Assembly (NCBI GenBank): GCA_965203325.1
Contig: OZ241875.1
Span: 3,200,001-3,264,000 of the forward strand
Reading direction: 5' to 3'
Origin: a bacterium
GTDB taxonomy: Bacteria; UBA8248
DNA length: 64,000 nt
Positions 32,997-42,617 of this stretch are shown here, one piece after another. Every line of letters begins with the position of its first letter. Positions within the stretch are counted from its first letter, which is position 1. The notes beneath the pieces are model-generated. The model saw nothing but the letters and a program-made list of their open reading frames with translations. It ran no database searches and was not told where the DNA came from. The translations under genes were made by a program, and so were the position numbers.

Positions 32997-33878
32997 ATGA
33001 CCACCACCACCCTCTCTGTTCTTTTCTCGCTTTCAACGGCGCTCGTGGTCGGCTCCTTCACCCTGTTCGTGAGAAGCGGGCAGCGGCACGCGAACGCGGT
33101 ATCGGGCGTACTCATCGGGCTCATCGTATCCATGCCGCCGCTGCTCGTTGGCGCGGTCTGGACGTGGGAGCCCGCCCACTATCAACCTTTGGGATGGTTG
33201 TTCTTCGCGCTGGCCGGGGTCGCGGGACCCGCCGTGGGCAGGGTGTGTTTCTTCCATTCGATTCATTTGATGGGCGTGGCGCGCGCAGTGCCGCTCAACT
33301 CCACCATGCCGCTTTTCTCGGCGATCATAGGTGTCTATGTCTTGGGCGAGAGGCCGGGGCCGTACATTCTGGCGGGTACGGTGCTCATCGTTTTGGGATG
33401 TATGGGGATTACGGCGAAAAGGGGAGGGACTCAGCCCACCCGTGGAAGCTACCTGCTTATTGCACTCGGAAGCGTGGTTTTCTTCTCCGTCTCGCACATG
33501 CTTCGAAAACTCGGCGTAGGTTCAACGCCCAATACGTATCTGGGCATATCGATAATGAGCGTCTCTGGAGGTGTCTTCCTCTATGTCTTTGGGCAGTACC
33601 TGCCGCCTGCCTTAAGGCCCTCCTTGATGGTAAAAAAAGCATGGGTGGCGTACAGCATCGGCGGTTTGCTGAATACTCTTTCGGTTCTCCTGCATCTCTA
33701 CGGACTTCGTTATGGAGACCTCACCATCGTGATTCCGCTCGCCGCCACCGCGCCTTTGTGGGCGCTGCTTCTTACGGCCATATTCATGCGCAAACTCGAG
33801 CGCATCACTTGGCCGATTCTACTGGGTACGGTGGCGGTGGTCGTGGGCGGTGCGCTCGTGGCAGGCCGCGCACTCTGA
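32997..33878 (+). CDS. DMT/EamA family transporter
   Basis: About 10 TM in two EamA repeats; LGERP. Confidence 0.85.
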   Translation: MTTTTLSVLFSLSTALVVGSFTLFVRSGQRHANAVSGVLIGLIVSMPPLLVGAVWTWEPAHYQPLGWLFFALAGVAGPAVGRVCFFHSIHLMGVARAVPLNSTMPLFSAIIGVYVLGERPGPYILAGTVLIVLGCMGITAKRGGTQPTRGSYLLIALGSVVFFSVSHMLRKLGVGSTPNTYLGISIMSVSGGVFLYVFGQYLPPALRPSLMVKKAWVAYSIGGLLNTLSVLLHLYGLRYGDLTIVIPLAATAPLWALLLTAIFMRKLERITWPILLGTVAVVVGGALVAGRAL

Positions 33879-34009
33879 CGAGGCGGGGTTCGGTCTGTTC
33901 TGGTATAGTGAGGCAGGTCACGGATTTTTACTTCGCGCGTCGCCAATCTATCATTTCACCAGGCAGAGAAGGTTCATCCTTGCCAAGTTTGTATGGGAGA
34001 GAAGTGGAT

Positions 34010-34423
34010 ATGAAATTCATTCACACTGTTTTTTGTGCTATTGCGCTGATCGCTCTTTTGGGAGCAATGCCGGCCTTGGGTGCGGATAAAGGTATGGGGA
34101 AATCTACGATGAAAGGCGCGGCGATGGGCGGCGTCACACTCAAAATCGCCGGTGGGAAGATTGAAGGCAACAAAAAAGTGGTTCGCGTGAAGCAAGGCGA
34201 TGAAGTCAAGTTGAATCTGATGGCCGACAAAACCACCGAAGTCCATCTACACGGCTACGACATCGAAAAAACCGTCTCCCCTGGCCGGGTGGCCGTGATG
34301 GCGTTTCGGGCCAGGGTGGCGGGCCGGTTTCCCGTAACGGAGCATGGCTCTCATTCCCACGGGCAGAAAAAAAGCGGGGGTCATTCCGAGAAGGTGCTCT
34401 TCTACCTGGAGGTGCATCCGTGA
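34010..34423 (+). CDS. Secreted cupredoxin-like protein with His-rich insert
   Basis: Signal peptide, VKQGDEV, EVHLHGYD, GRFPVTEH, HGSHSHG. Confidence 0.7.
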   Translation: MKFIHTVFCAIALIALLGAMPALGADKGMGKSTMKGAAMGGVTLKIAGGKIEGNKKVVRVKQGDEVKLNLMADKTTEVHLHGYDIEKTVSPGRVAVMAFRARVAGRFPVTEHGSHSHGQKKSGGHSEKVLFYLEVHP

Positions 34424-34436
34424 CGAGGACAATCCC

Positions 34437-35888
34437 GTGAACCCCTACGTCCGAGGGCTGGGCCTCGTTGCCCTCATCGTGCTTTCCCCCGCATCCGTAT
34501 CGGCGCATGGGTTCGGTCAAAGGTATGATCTGCCTGTGCCGCTGGGTTTGTTCATGCTGGGGGCGGGCGCATCCGTGGTGCTTTCGTTTTTGGGCATGGG
34601 GCTTTTCGTGCGCAAAAAACAAGATAGCGTGGGTTATCCGAGCTGTAACCTGCTCGCCTCCCCCCTTTTCGCATGGGTGGGGAGCAAGGTCTTCTTGTTG
34701 TTGATACGAGCTCTTTCCGTCATTTTGTTTTGTGTGACGTTGGCTGCGGGCATCTGGGGAAGCGAAAACCCGGACAAGAACATCGTGCCCACCATGGTCT
34801 GGATCATCTGGTGGGTGGGCCTGGCCTATGTATGCGCGCTGGCGGGGAACCTGTGGTCGCTGGTGAATCCATGGAGCATCATATTTTCCTGGGCGGAGGC
34901 GCTGTACCGGAAAATCAGGCCCGGCGGTTCATTATCGCCGGAGCAACCTTTCACCGAAAGCCCGGGCGTGTGGCCGGCTGTGGGCTTGTTCCTGTGGTTC
35001 GCCTGGGCGGAGATCGTCTGGCCGCACAACGAACTTCCCCTTAACCTCGCAGTAGCCGCACTCGGGTATTCCATCATCACCTGGACGGGTATGTTCCTGT
35101 ACGGGAAAGAAGCATGGCTTAAGCGTGGAGAGGCGTTTTCCATCATATTCGGCGTGATGGGACGCTTCTCGATTACACAGGCGCGCGTGAGCGGAAACGG
35201 ACGAAATGAATGGCGTCTGAGGCCGCCGGCTGTGGGCCTTCTGAACACAGACGGCATGAGCAACTCGATGGTGGTGTTGGTTGTGTTGATGCTGGCGACG
35301 GTGAGCTTCGACGGCTTTACCGAAACACCGCTATGGCACTTGCTTCGCGCGTGGATGTACGAAGGAGTCATTTGGGTGGGGCGAGATGCCCTGCTCGTGG
35401 CGGACACCATCGCGCTCATCGCTGCTCCGATGCTCTTCCTGGGCGTGTATTACCTGTTCTGCATTCTGATGCGCGCCATGAGCGGAAGTGCACTCTCCAC
35501 GGGGGAATTCGCGCGCTTGTTCGTGCTTTCGCTGGTTCCCATCGCGATTGGATACCACGTGGCGCATTATTTCTCTTTTCTCTTCATTCAGGGGCAACGC
35601 ATCATCCCGCTGCTGTCGGACCCCTTCGGAGTGGGCTGGAACCTGTGGGGAACCGCTGCCTATAAGGTCGATATCGGTGTCGTTGGCGCGAGAACGACCT
35701 GGTATGCTTCTATTGCCGCGATTGTCATCGGCCATATATGCGCCGTCTATCTGGCGCATGTGACGGCGTTGCGCGCACTCGATAATCGCTTCGCCGCCGT
35801 GCGCAGCCAATATCCGATGCTTGTCCTCATGGTGGGCTATACCATGGTGAGCTTGTGGATCATCGCACAGCCGATAACGGGGGGCTGA
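34437..35888 (+). CDS. Polytopic membrane protein (family often annotated 'fenitrothion hydrolase')
   Basis: Signal peptide then AHGFGQRYDLPVP; SLVPIAIGYHVAHY, SDPFG, GHICAV, SQYP. Confidence 0.7.
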   Translation: MNPYVRGLGLVALIVLSPASVSAHGFGQRYDLPVPLGLFMLGAGASVVLSFLGMGLFVRKKQDSVGYPSCNLLASPLFAWVGSKVFLLLIRALSVILFCVTLAAGIWGSENPDKNIVPTMVWIIWWVGLAYVCALAGNLWSLVNPWSIIFSWAEALYRKIRPGGSLSPEQPFTESPGVWPAVGLFLWFAWAEIVWPHNELPLNLAVAALGYSIITWTGMFLYGKEAWLKRGEAFSIIFGVMGRFSITQARVSGNGRNEWRLRPPAVGLLNTDGMSNSMVVLVVLMLATVSFDGFTETPLWHLLRAWMYEGVIWVGRDALLVADTIALIAAPMLFLGVYYLFCILMRAMSGSALSTGEFARLFVLSLVPIAIGYHVAHYFSFLFIQGQRIIPLLSDPFGVGWNLWGTAAYKVDIGVVGARTTWYASIAAIVIGHICAVYLAHVTALRALDNRFAAVRSQYPMLVLMVGYTMVSLWIIAQPITGG

Positions 35889-36042
35889 CGGCCTGCGAGC
35901 GAACGGGCGGTTAACTATTTCTCCTCCTGCGCCGCTTTATCTTGCCTCGACATGGCCATGTCCCCCCTCCTCTGATAAGACATCATCCTTGTGCCGTTTT
36001 CTGTTCATATATTTTTTCTTGTTTTAGGCTGGGGGAAACGTC

Positions 36043-36924
36043 TTGAACGATACGCTGCTGGCGGCGGGGTTCGCCTTGGGCACCGCGTCAATGTCCTCGG
36101 CCTTCAGCCTCATCGCCAGACGCGGGCAACGGCACGGCACGGCCATCACGGGCGTGGTCATCGGTCTGATTGTGAACGTCCCCTGGCTGGTGGCACTGAC
36201 GATCCTCACCTGGGAACCCGCCTATTGGAGCTCGGAAGCCTGGTTCTGGTTCTTCCTGTCGGGCATCACGGGACCCTCGCTCGGCCGCGTGTTCATGTTC
36301 CGGGCGATACATCGCCTGGGCGTTTCACGCGCAGTGCCCCTTCTGGCGGCCAACCCGCTGTTTTCGGCCGCTTTCGCCTATATTTTTCTTGGAGAGCGGC
36401 CGGGGACTTACGTGTGGGCGGGGATTTTCCTGGTCGTTTTGGGGTGCGTGGGGATCACCTACCAGCGCAAGAGCGACGCTCCCTGGGACAGGCGCGCCAT
36501 CTGGCTGCCGCTCTTGTCCGTTCTGGGGTTTTCCACGTCGAACATTTTCAGAAAAATCGGGATCGAGGTCGTTCCTTCCGCACTGCTCGGCATCACGCTC
36601 ACCAGTTTTTTCGGTTTGGTGGCGCTGGTCGCGGTTTTGTGGTTTCTGCCTAAACCCCAGCGCCCGTCTCTCAAGTGGGGAAAGGCCTGGCATTTCTATG
36701 GGCCCTGTGGGCTCATCAACACGCTGGCGTTTTTGAGTCACTTCGCCGCTTTGAAGTATGGGGATATTTCGGTCGTATCGCCGCTTTCATCGACCGCGCC
36801 GCTTTTCGCGCTCTTCTACACCTGGATTTTCCTGCGCGATATGGAGCGCATCACGTTGCCCATATTGATGGGGACGGTCTGCGTCGTCGCGGGAGGGGCG
36901 ATCATCGCCTTGAAAGCGATGTAG
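36043..36924 (+). CDS. DMT/EamA family transporter, paralog of 32997-33878
   Basis: Shared motifs GQRH, TWEPA, GRV, RAVPL, LGERPG, YGD, ERIT. Confidence 0.85.
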   Translation: MNDTLLAAGFALGTASMSSAFSLIARRGQRHGTAITGVVIGLIVNVPWLVALTILTWEPAYWSSEAWFWFFLSGITGPSLGRVFMFRAIHRLGVSRAVPLLAANPLFSAAFAYIFLGERPGTYVWAGIFLVVLGCVGITYQRKSDAPWDRRAIWLPLLSVLGFSTSNIFRKIGIEVVPSALLGITLTSFFGLVALVAVLWFLPKPQRPSLKWGKAWHFYGPCGLINTLAFLSHFAALKYGDISVVSPLSSTAPLFALFYTWIFLRDMERITLPILMGTVCVVAGGAIIALKAM

Positions 36925-36944
36925 CGCGGCGCTTTGCGCCCTGA

Positions 36945-37490
36945 TCAACCCGTGAGAAGCGCCCTGATCGTGGGAGCGACCTCTTTCGCGCGACCCTGGA
37001 GTTGCTCATCCGTGAGGCTGCCCACCGGATGGGGGATATAGGCCACCGGATAGTCCGGCATGCCGCGCACCTTGGAGACCATCTCGACCGTGGGCCGGAA
37101 CGGCTCGGTGCAGATGACGGCGGTGGGGACGTCTTTTTTCTCGAGCTCGATTCCATCGTGCACACTGCACGAAGAGCAGGAGCCTCAGTCGCCCACCGCG
37201 GTGATGGCGAGGTCGCATTTCTCGGCCATCTCCGCGTAAACCTCCGGCTTGGCCGGGCGGGTGTCGTATTCTTTCGATAGCTCAACGGCGAGATTTGGGT
37301 CCGCGCCGTCCGCCCGCAATTCATCCAGTATGTAGCGCATGAGCTTGTCCGCGCCTACCTTGGAGTTCCAGAGCAGGCCGATGCGCTTGCCGGAGAGCGC
37401 GCCGTCGCGGCTTGTGCGGTCTTCGGTTTCGATCTCCGGCTCCACGGTCGGATCGTAAATCGGTGTTGCGGTTTCTACGATGGGGTTCAT
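36945..37490 (-). CDS. UGSC-family selenoprotein (TGA at 37185-37187 read as Sec), 181 aa
   Basis: ORFs 37185-37490 and 36945-37163 are in the same frame; read-through gives AITAVGD-U-GSCSSCSVHDGIELE; hairpin 12 nt after TGA; AGGAGG RBS. Confidence 0.88.
37145..37177 (-). promoter_or_regulatory. Bacterial SECIS-like hairpin
   Basis: mRNA UCGUGCA-GUG-UGCACGA (37172-37156) with outer GCUC/GAGC; G in apical loop. Confidence 0.7.
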
Positions 37491-37580
37491 CGAACGCTTC
37501 CTCCTGTATGTGCATCAACGCCGGGATGTCCACTCGTTTTGTAGTCCATCAACCGATCTTCTCTTTTGATGCTTCTTTCT

Positions 37581-38621
37581 TCAACCGCGAGACTCGCGCC
37601 GTTCGGCCGCGCTCAGCACAGGGCGGGTGACGAACTCGCCGTTTCGCCTTCTGCTCCATGAGGGAACCCAGGAGGAATGCCCGCCGGCCTCGCCTCCCGC
37701 GACAACGATGTAGATGTCTTCGGGCTTGAGCGCGTGGCGCACGTTGCCGTTTTCATCGGCGTCAATGGGCTTGTCGAGCTTGCCGGTTCGCAGGAGTTGG
37801 CCCAATGGAAGCGTCGCGTTTTCAAACAGATATTCTTTCAGTTCTTCTTTCGTGGGAAACTCCTCGGCCAGCAGATGCGCGTGCTCGGGCGCGAAGACGA
37901 AACAAGATTGCCCCTCGCTCATGCTGCCCAGACCCGCCATGGTGGCGGCGGCGGTTTCCGCGATTCCGCGCCCCTTGCCGTAATGGTTCTGGATGTTGTG
38001 CGGACCTTCGGCGGCGAGAAGCGTAACCGTACTTGTTTCAATTGAGTAGCCGAGTTCGACGTTCAACGGCTCCCAGGGGCTCGTTTCCTCCCATTCGGCG
38101 AAGGTGAAGCTGTATTTGCCCGGATTCCCCTGGGTGGAGCGATCCAGAAGGCCTGGCTTCGAACCCAGACAATTGATGATGATGAGCCTGAGCGCGCGGC
38201 CGATCGTCGCTCCCGCGCGGTTGCCCGGCCCGTAAATGTTCCCCTGCATGTTGAGGCCAATCTCATGGCGAATCGGGCCGTTTACGACCATGAAGGGCGC
38301 TGCTCCGCCCGTGCTCGTGGCGCTGGAGTGAATGTTGTAGGCCGGATCGGCCATGGCTTCGAGCGCGGCGAGTATGACGGGCATATAGGAGGGCAGACAC
38401 CCCGCCATGATGGCGTTCAAGGCCACTTTTCCGGCCCGGACGGTTCTTTTCCGCTCCGCCAGATGAAAGACGACGTCATCGGCGTCGAGTCCCGAAGCCT
38501 CCAGAAAACGCTGCAGGAGGTCAGGCGTCGGGGGGACCACGGGCAGGCCGTCCGTCCAGCCTTTCTCGTGATACATCTCTATCGCCTCATAAACGTCCGC
38601 CGCTTCACTCACCGCTTCCAT
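37581..38621 (-). CDS. Conserved hypothetical protein (DGLPVVPPT family), partner of the UGSC protein
   Basis: WTDGLPVVPPT, NAIMAGC, VNGPIR, RAGATIGRAL, GNPGKY; co-oriented upstream of the UGSC gene. Confidence 0.8.
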   Translation of the reverse strand: MEAVSEAADVYEAIEMYHEKGWTDGLPVVPPTPDLLQRFLEASGLDADDVVFHLAERKRTVRAGKVALNAIMAGCLPSYMPVILAALEAMADPAYNIHSSATSTGGAAPFMVVNGPIRHEIGLNMQGNIYGPGNRAGATIGRALRLIIINCLGSKPGLLDRSTQGNPGKYSFTFAEWEETSPWEPLNVELGYSIETSTVTLLAAEGPHNIQNHYGKGRGIAETAAATMAGLGSMSEGQSCFVFAPEHAHLLAEEFPTKEELKEYLFENATLPLGQLLRTGKLDKPIDADENGNVRHALKPEDIYIVVAGGEAGGHSSWVPSWSRRRNGEFVTRPVLSAAERRESRG

Positions 38622-38820
38622 GTGGTCTCCTGTGTACGGGATGATTATTTACCATAAAACAACAGGATATCGCAGGGAGCCGGTTTTGAAAATGCGGGTT
38701 TGCGTCCCGGGCTCCCGGTTTCATTGATGCTTCGGGACTGGTATATCATCCCTTCGGTATCTGGTATCCGGTCGTCGCTTTCGGGTGCGGCGCATATAAA
38801 TGAAAAGGAGAATGTCTCGC

Positions 38821-39423
38821 ATGGATTTCGAGTTGATTCGCGACGTAAACGCCCATTTTGAGCCGTTTTATCCCTATGCGGCGGCGGAGATTCACGCTGA
38901 ATACGGGCGCGACGAGGGCGACGTCCTGGAAATCGGCCCCTACGGCCCCGGCGTGGCGCTCGCCCTGGCGGCGCGCTGCCCCGGGATGCGCCTCACATGC
39001 GGAGACGATACCGACCGCCTGAACGACTACCTCGCCGAGACGGTTGCGGAGGCGGGCATGTCCGCGCGTGTCCGCGTGGAACCCGTTGATAAATATAGCC
39101 TTCCGTTCGAGGCGGCCTCTTTCGACCTCGTCGTCTTCCGGGGCGGGCTTTTCTTCTGGGAGGCGCAGGAGAGCATCGTCGCCGAGATGGACCGCGTCTT
39201 AAGACCCGGCGGGATGGGCGCGCACGGCGGCGGTTTCGGGGCGGGGGCGTCGGATGCGCTCATCGAGTCGCTGCTGCCCGAAGCGCGCGCGTTGAACAAC
39301 CGCCTCGGCAAAAAGCGCCTCTCTCGCGCGGATGTGCGCCAAATCGCTGAAAATGCAGGACTTGGCTGTTGGCGCATCGCAGCCGAACACGGCTTGTGGC
39401 TCTACTGGGAGAAGACGGACTAG
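38821..39423 (+). CDS. Class I SAM-dependent methyltransferase
   Basis: VLEIGPYGPG, LPFEAASFDLV, RVLRPGG. Confidence 0.85.
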   Translation: MDFELIRDVNAHFEPFYPYAAAEIHAEYGRDEGDVLEIGPYGPGVALALAARCPGMRLTCGDDTDRLNDYLAETVAEAGMSARVRVEPVDKYSLPFEAASFDLVVFRGGLFFWEAQESIVAEMDRVLRPGGMGAHGGGFGAGASDALIESLLPEARALNNRLGKKRLSRADVRQIAENAGLGCWRIAAEHGLWLYWEKTD

Positions 39424-39451
39424 CGTTTCCCGCGCATTTCACCCCCCGCAA

Positions 39452-39715
39452 TTCCCCGCATTTGCCGTCGCGCGCTCGCCTCCCGAACCGTGCTATTCTC
39501 ACGGTGCTTCTGCGGGAGGGAGGATTTCACCCGCGAAACTCCCCCGCATTTGCCCGCACTTCCCCTCAAAAATTTCTCGACAATTTATCGAAAAATCCCG
39601 TGAATTTATCTGATTTTATCGTATTTTTCAGAAATTCCTTATTCTCGAACGCGGCGGTGCGCTTCTCCATCATACGCCGGTGCGCTGAATATCCCGCGAC
39701 GGCAAATGCGGGGAA
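39452..39715. repeat. 264-bp non-coding segment bounded by perfect 21-bp inverted repeats (MITE-like)
   Basis: TTCCCCGCATTTGCCGTCGCG (39452-39472) / CGCGACGGCAAATGCGGGGAA (39695-39715). Confidence 0.7.
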
Positions 39716-39890
39716 ATACGTGGTCAGAAGCGAGCGGGGAGCGAGCGTTTGCGCGCCCCGGGGAGGTCAATCGCGATCGGGGAAAAGCGATTCCTGTTTG
39801 CCGACAGATGAAAGAGGGCCAGCCTCGACCGAGAGGGGAGAGTTTGTCGACCGGGGAGGAGGGGAATGGCGAGGTTGCGTCAGGCTTCTC

Positions 39891-40448
39891 TCACCCGCTC
39901 AGCAGACTCGTCTTCGTGAACACCGCATCCAGCTCGTAGCCGCGCTCGGCGAGGTTCTCGCGTCCGCCTTCTTCGCGGTCCACGAGGCAGATGACGTGGA
40001 CGACTTCGAGGCCGAAGGCCAGGGCCGCGTCGATGGCCGTGAAGGTCGAAGCTGCCGTGGTCACCACGTCCTCGATGATGGCGGCCTTCATGCCGGGCCT
40101 TAAGTTCCCCGCCCCCTCGATGCGGTTCTGCATCCCGTGGCCCTTCTCGCCCTTCCGGATGATGAAGGCGGGAACATCGCGTCCTTCGAGCGCGGCGGTC
40201 ATCGAGACGGCCGTCACCATCGGGTCAGCACCCAGGGTGGGGCCGCCCACGGCGTCGACGCCCTCCCTGATGCGCTCGTAGATCACCCGGCCCACGAGCC
40301 GCGCCCCCTCGCCGTGCAGCGTCACCTGTCGGCAGTCGACGTAGAAATCGCTCACCCGGCCCGAGGCGAGCGTCACCTGTTTTTTCTCATACGATTTTTC
40401 GAGCAGAAGCCGCTGCAGCGCTTCCAGGTCTGCTTCTTTGTTCGTCAT
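39891..40448 (-). CDS. pyrE: Orotate phosphoribosyltransferase
   Basis: TLASGRVSDFYVD, GGPTLGADP, IRKGEKGHG, IEDVVTT. Confidence 0.95.
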   Translation of the reverse strand: MTNKEADLEALQRLLLEKSYEKKQVTLASGRVSDFYVDCRQVTLHGEGARLVGRVIYERIREGVDAVGGPTLGADPMVTAVSMTAALEGRDVPAFIIRKGEKGHGMQNRIEGAGNLRPGMKAAIIEDVVTTAASTFTAIDAALAFGLEVVHVICLVDREEGGRENLAERGYELDAVFTKTSLLSG

Positions 40449-40458
40449 GGCGTCGTCT

Positions 40459-40746
40459 CTATGAATCGGTGGATGATTCGGGCGTTTCTCCGGCGGCTCT
40501 GAGTTCGTGGTAGATATGGAGCGCCGCTTCCGCGAAGGCTTCGGGCACCATCAAGTGCACCGCGCCCAGGTTCGTCCGGCTGAAGGCGTAGACCGAACCC
40601 GCCGAGTCGTAGCTCAGGTGCACGGGGATTCGTTCGGCCTCGAGCCTGCTTTTCAGGATCAAGGCTTCCATCTGTCCGCCGACGGTGGCGATGCGCCTTA
40701 AATCGGATGATCCCTTCACGCCTTCCGGCGTCTTGTCGCCCCACAC
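40459..40746 (-). CDS. DUF2007-like small protein
   Basis: MEALILKSRLEAERIPV...VHLMVPE...AEAA; GTG start with GAGGAG RBS. Confidence 0.7.
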   Translation of the reverse strand: MWGDKTPEGVKGSSDLRRIATVGGQMEALILKSRLEAERIPVHLSYDSAGSVYAFSRTNLGAVHLMVPEAFAEAALHIYHELRAAGETPESSTDS

Positions 40747-40836
40747 GCTCTCGCTCCTCGTTCGGGATTCGGAAACCACCTCCCATGATCGAAGAAATCG
40801 GGCCGGGGCGCAAGGGTGAGATGGTGCAGGATGGTT

Positions 40837-41155
40837 TTGTAGGGACAGGTCGCGACCTGTCCCTACAACGGTGAATAATCCAGAAGGTTGGGATTCACTC
40901 TTTCCTTGAGGTCCATTGCTATAAAAGGAGAGGGCCATTCACTCCCCCTCAAGGGGGGAGTGAATTACTTCTCTCGTCGGTCGGCAACAGGACACAAGGG
41001 GGGTGGCCTATTTTGTAGAACCTTGGGGGTGGGTCGCATGTATGCGACCCCTACAATCCATCTAATCTATCGGACTTCGTAGCACTGCCCTCATGCCGAT
41101 GCAGACGAAATGCGGACAACCTTGGGGCAGGGCGGACACATCGGTCCGCCCCTAC
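40837..41155. repeat. Cluster of REP-like palindromes
   Basis: 32-bp perfect palindrome TTGTAGGGACAGGTCGCGACCTGTCCCTACAA (40837-40868); ACTCCCCCTCAAGGGGGGAGT (40941-40961); hairpins ending in CCCTAC at 41031-41054 and 41130-41155. Confidence 0.85.
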
Positions 41156-41170
41156 GACTTCCGAACAGTG

Positions 41171-42469
41171 TCACAACCACGCGAACTTGACGGCGAACAG
41201 GAGCGCGACGCCGATCAGCGTCGGCGAGCATTCGCGCCCGCGTCCCGCCATCAATTTGATCAGCACGTAGGTGATGACGCCCAGGCCGATGCCGTCTGCG
41301 ATCGAGAACGTTAGCGGGATGGCGATGACGGTCATGATCGCTGCGGCCGATTCGGTCACGTCGCCCCAGTCCAGGTCCATGAGCGGGCGCGCCATCAGGC
41401 AAGCCACGTAGAGGATGGCCGCCGCCGTCGCGTAAGGCGGAACCGAGCCCGCGAGCGGCGCAAAAAATAGACAGGCGAGGAACAACGCGGCCACGACAAC
41501 CGCGCTCAGGCCCGTGCGTCCGCCCGCGCCGGCACCGGCGGCGCTCTCGATGTAGCTCGTGACGGGTGAGGTGCCGAGGAGGGCGCCGCCGACCGTTCCC
41601 GCCGAGTCGGCGATCAGCGCGCGCTGCATTCGCGGAAGCCGTCCCTCGTCGTCCAAGAGGTTCGCCTGGTGCGCCACGCCGATGAGCGTGCCCGTCGTGT
41701 CGAACAGGTCGACGAGCAGGAACGTGAGAATGACGGCGAGCATGCTCACCTGCAGCGCGCCGGCGATGTCCAGGGCGAAGAGCGTCGGCGCCGGGTCGGG
41801 CGGCAGCGAGGCGATGCCCCCCCATTTGGAGACGCCGAATATCAGGCCGGCGGCGGCGACGCCCAGCATCCCGATGAGAGCTGCGCCCGGCACCTTGCGC
41901 GCGTCGAGCGCCACGATCAGGCAGAAGCCGACCAGGCACAGCAGCGGCCCGGGCGTCGTCAGGTGGCCTACGGTGACCAGCGTCGCCTTGCTCGCCTGGA
42001 TGATGCCGGCGTTCTTGAGCGCGATGATGCCCAGGAACAGTCCGATCCCGGCCGCAATGCCCAGCTTGAGTCCCTGCGGTATCGCCTCGATGACCCAGCG
42101 CCGCACCGGCAGGATGCTGATCGCAAGGAACAAAAGGCCGGAAACGAAGACCGCGCCCAGCGCGACCTCCCACTTGTGGCCGAGGCCGAGCACGACGCCG
42201 TAGGCGAAGAAGGCGTTGAGCCCCATGCCCGGGGCCAGCGCGATCGGGTAGTTGGCGTAAAGGCCCATCAGCAGCGTAGCGAATGCCGCCGCGAGGCAGG
42301 TCGCGACGAACACCGCGTCGAACGGCATACCGGCGTCAGAGAGTATCTGCGGATTGACGAAGGCGATGTAGGCCATCGTCAGGAACGTCGTCGCGCCCGC
42401 CGTAATTTCCGTTCGCAGGTTGGTGCCGCGCTGCGCCAGTCCGAAGAAGCGTTCAAGAGTCGCAGTCAT
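41171..42469 (-). CDS. NCS2/AzgA-type purine permease
   Basis: TEITAGATTFLTMAYI, APGMGLNAFF, YIESAAG, GGRTGL. Confidence 0.93.
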   Translation of the reverse strand: MTATLERFFGLAQRGTNLRTEITAGATTFLTMAYIAFVNPQILSDAGMPFDAVFVATCLAAAFATLLMGLYANYPIALAPGMGLNAFFAYGVVLGLGHKWEVALGAVFVSGLLFLAISILPVRRWVIEAIPQGLKLGIAAGIGLFLGIIALKNAGIIQASKATLVTVGHLTTPGPLLCLVGFCLIVALDARKVPGAALIGMLGVAAAGLIFGVSKWGGIASLPPDPAPTLFALDIAGALQVSMLAVILTFLLVDLFDTTGTLIGVAHQANLLDDEGRLPRMQRALIADSAGTVGGALLGTSPVTSYIESAAGAGAGGRTGLSAVVVAALFLACLFFAPLAGSVPPYATAAAILYVACLMARPLMDLDWGDVTESAAAIMTVIAIPLTFSIADGIGLGVITYVLIKLMAGRGRECSPTLIGVALLFAVKFAWL

Positions 42470-42617
42470 GGGTTCCTCACACGGGTTTTGGTGGTGGCTG
42501 TTCCGGGCGGGTTCGTTCCGAGATTGCGCCGTAGTCTAATACAGCGGCGATGATTTTTCGAGCGGGGGCGGAGACGCGGGTCTGCCATGAGAACACCCCG
42601 CGTATCGAAACGAACCC

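Noticed and set aside
36945..37490. Pseudogene interpretation of the split UGSC and AhpD ORFs
   Set aside because: Each has a single TGA at a redox-Cys position followed by a SECIS-like hairpin, with no other lesions
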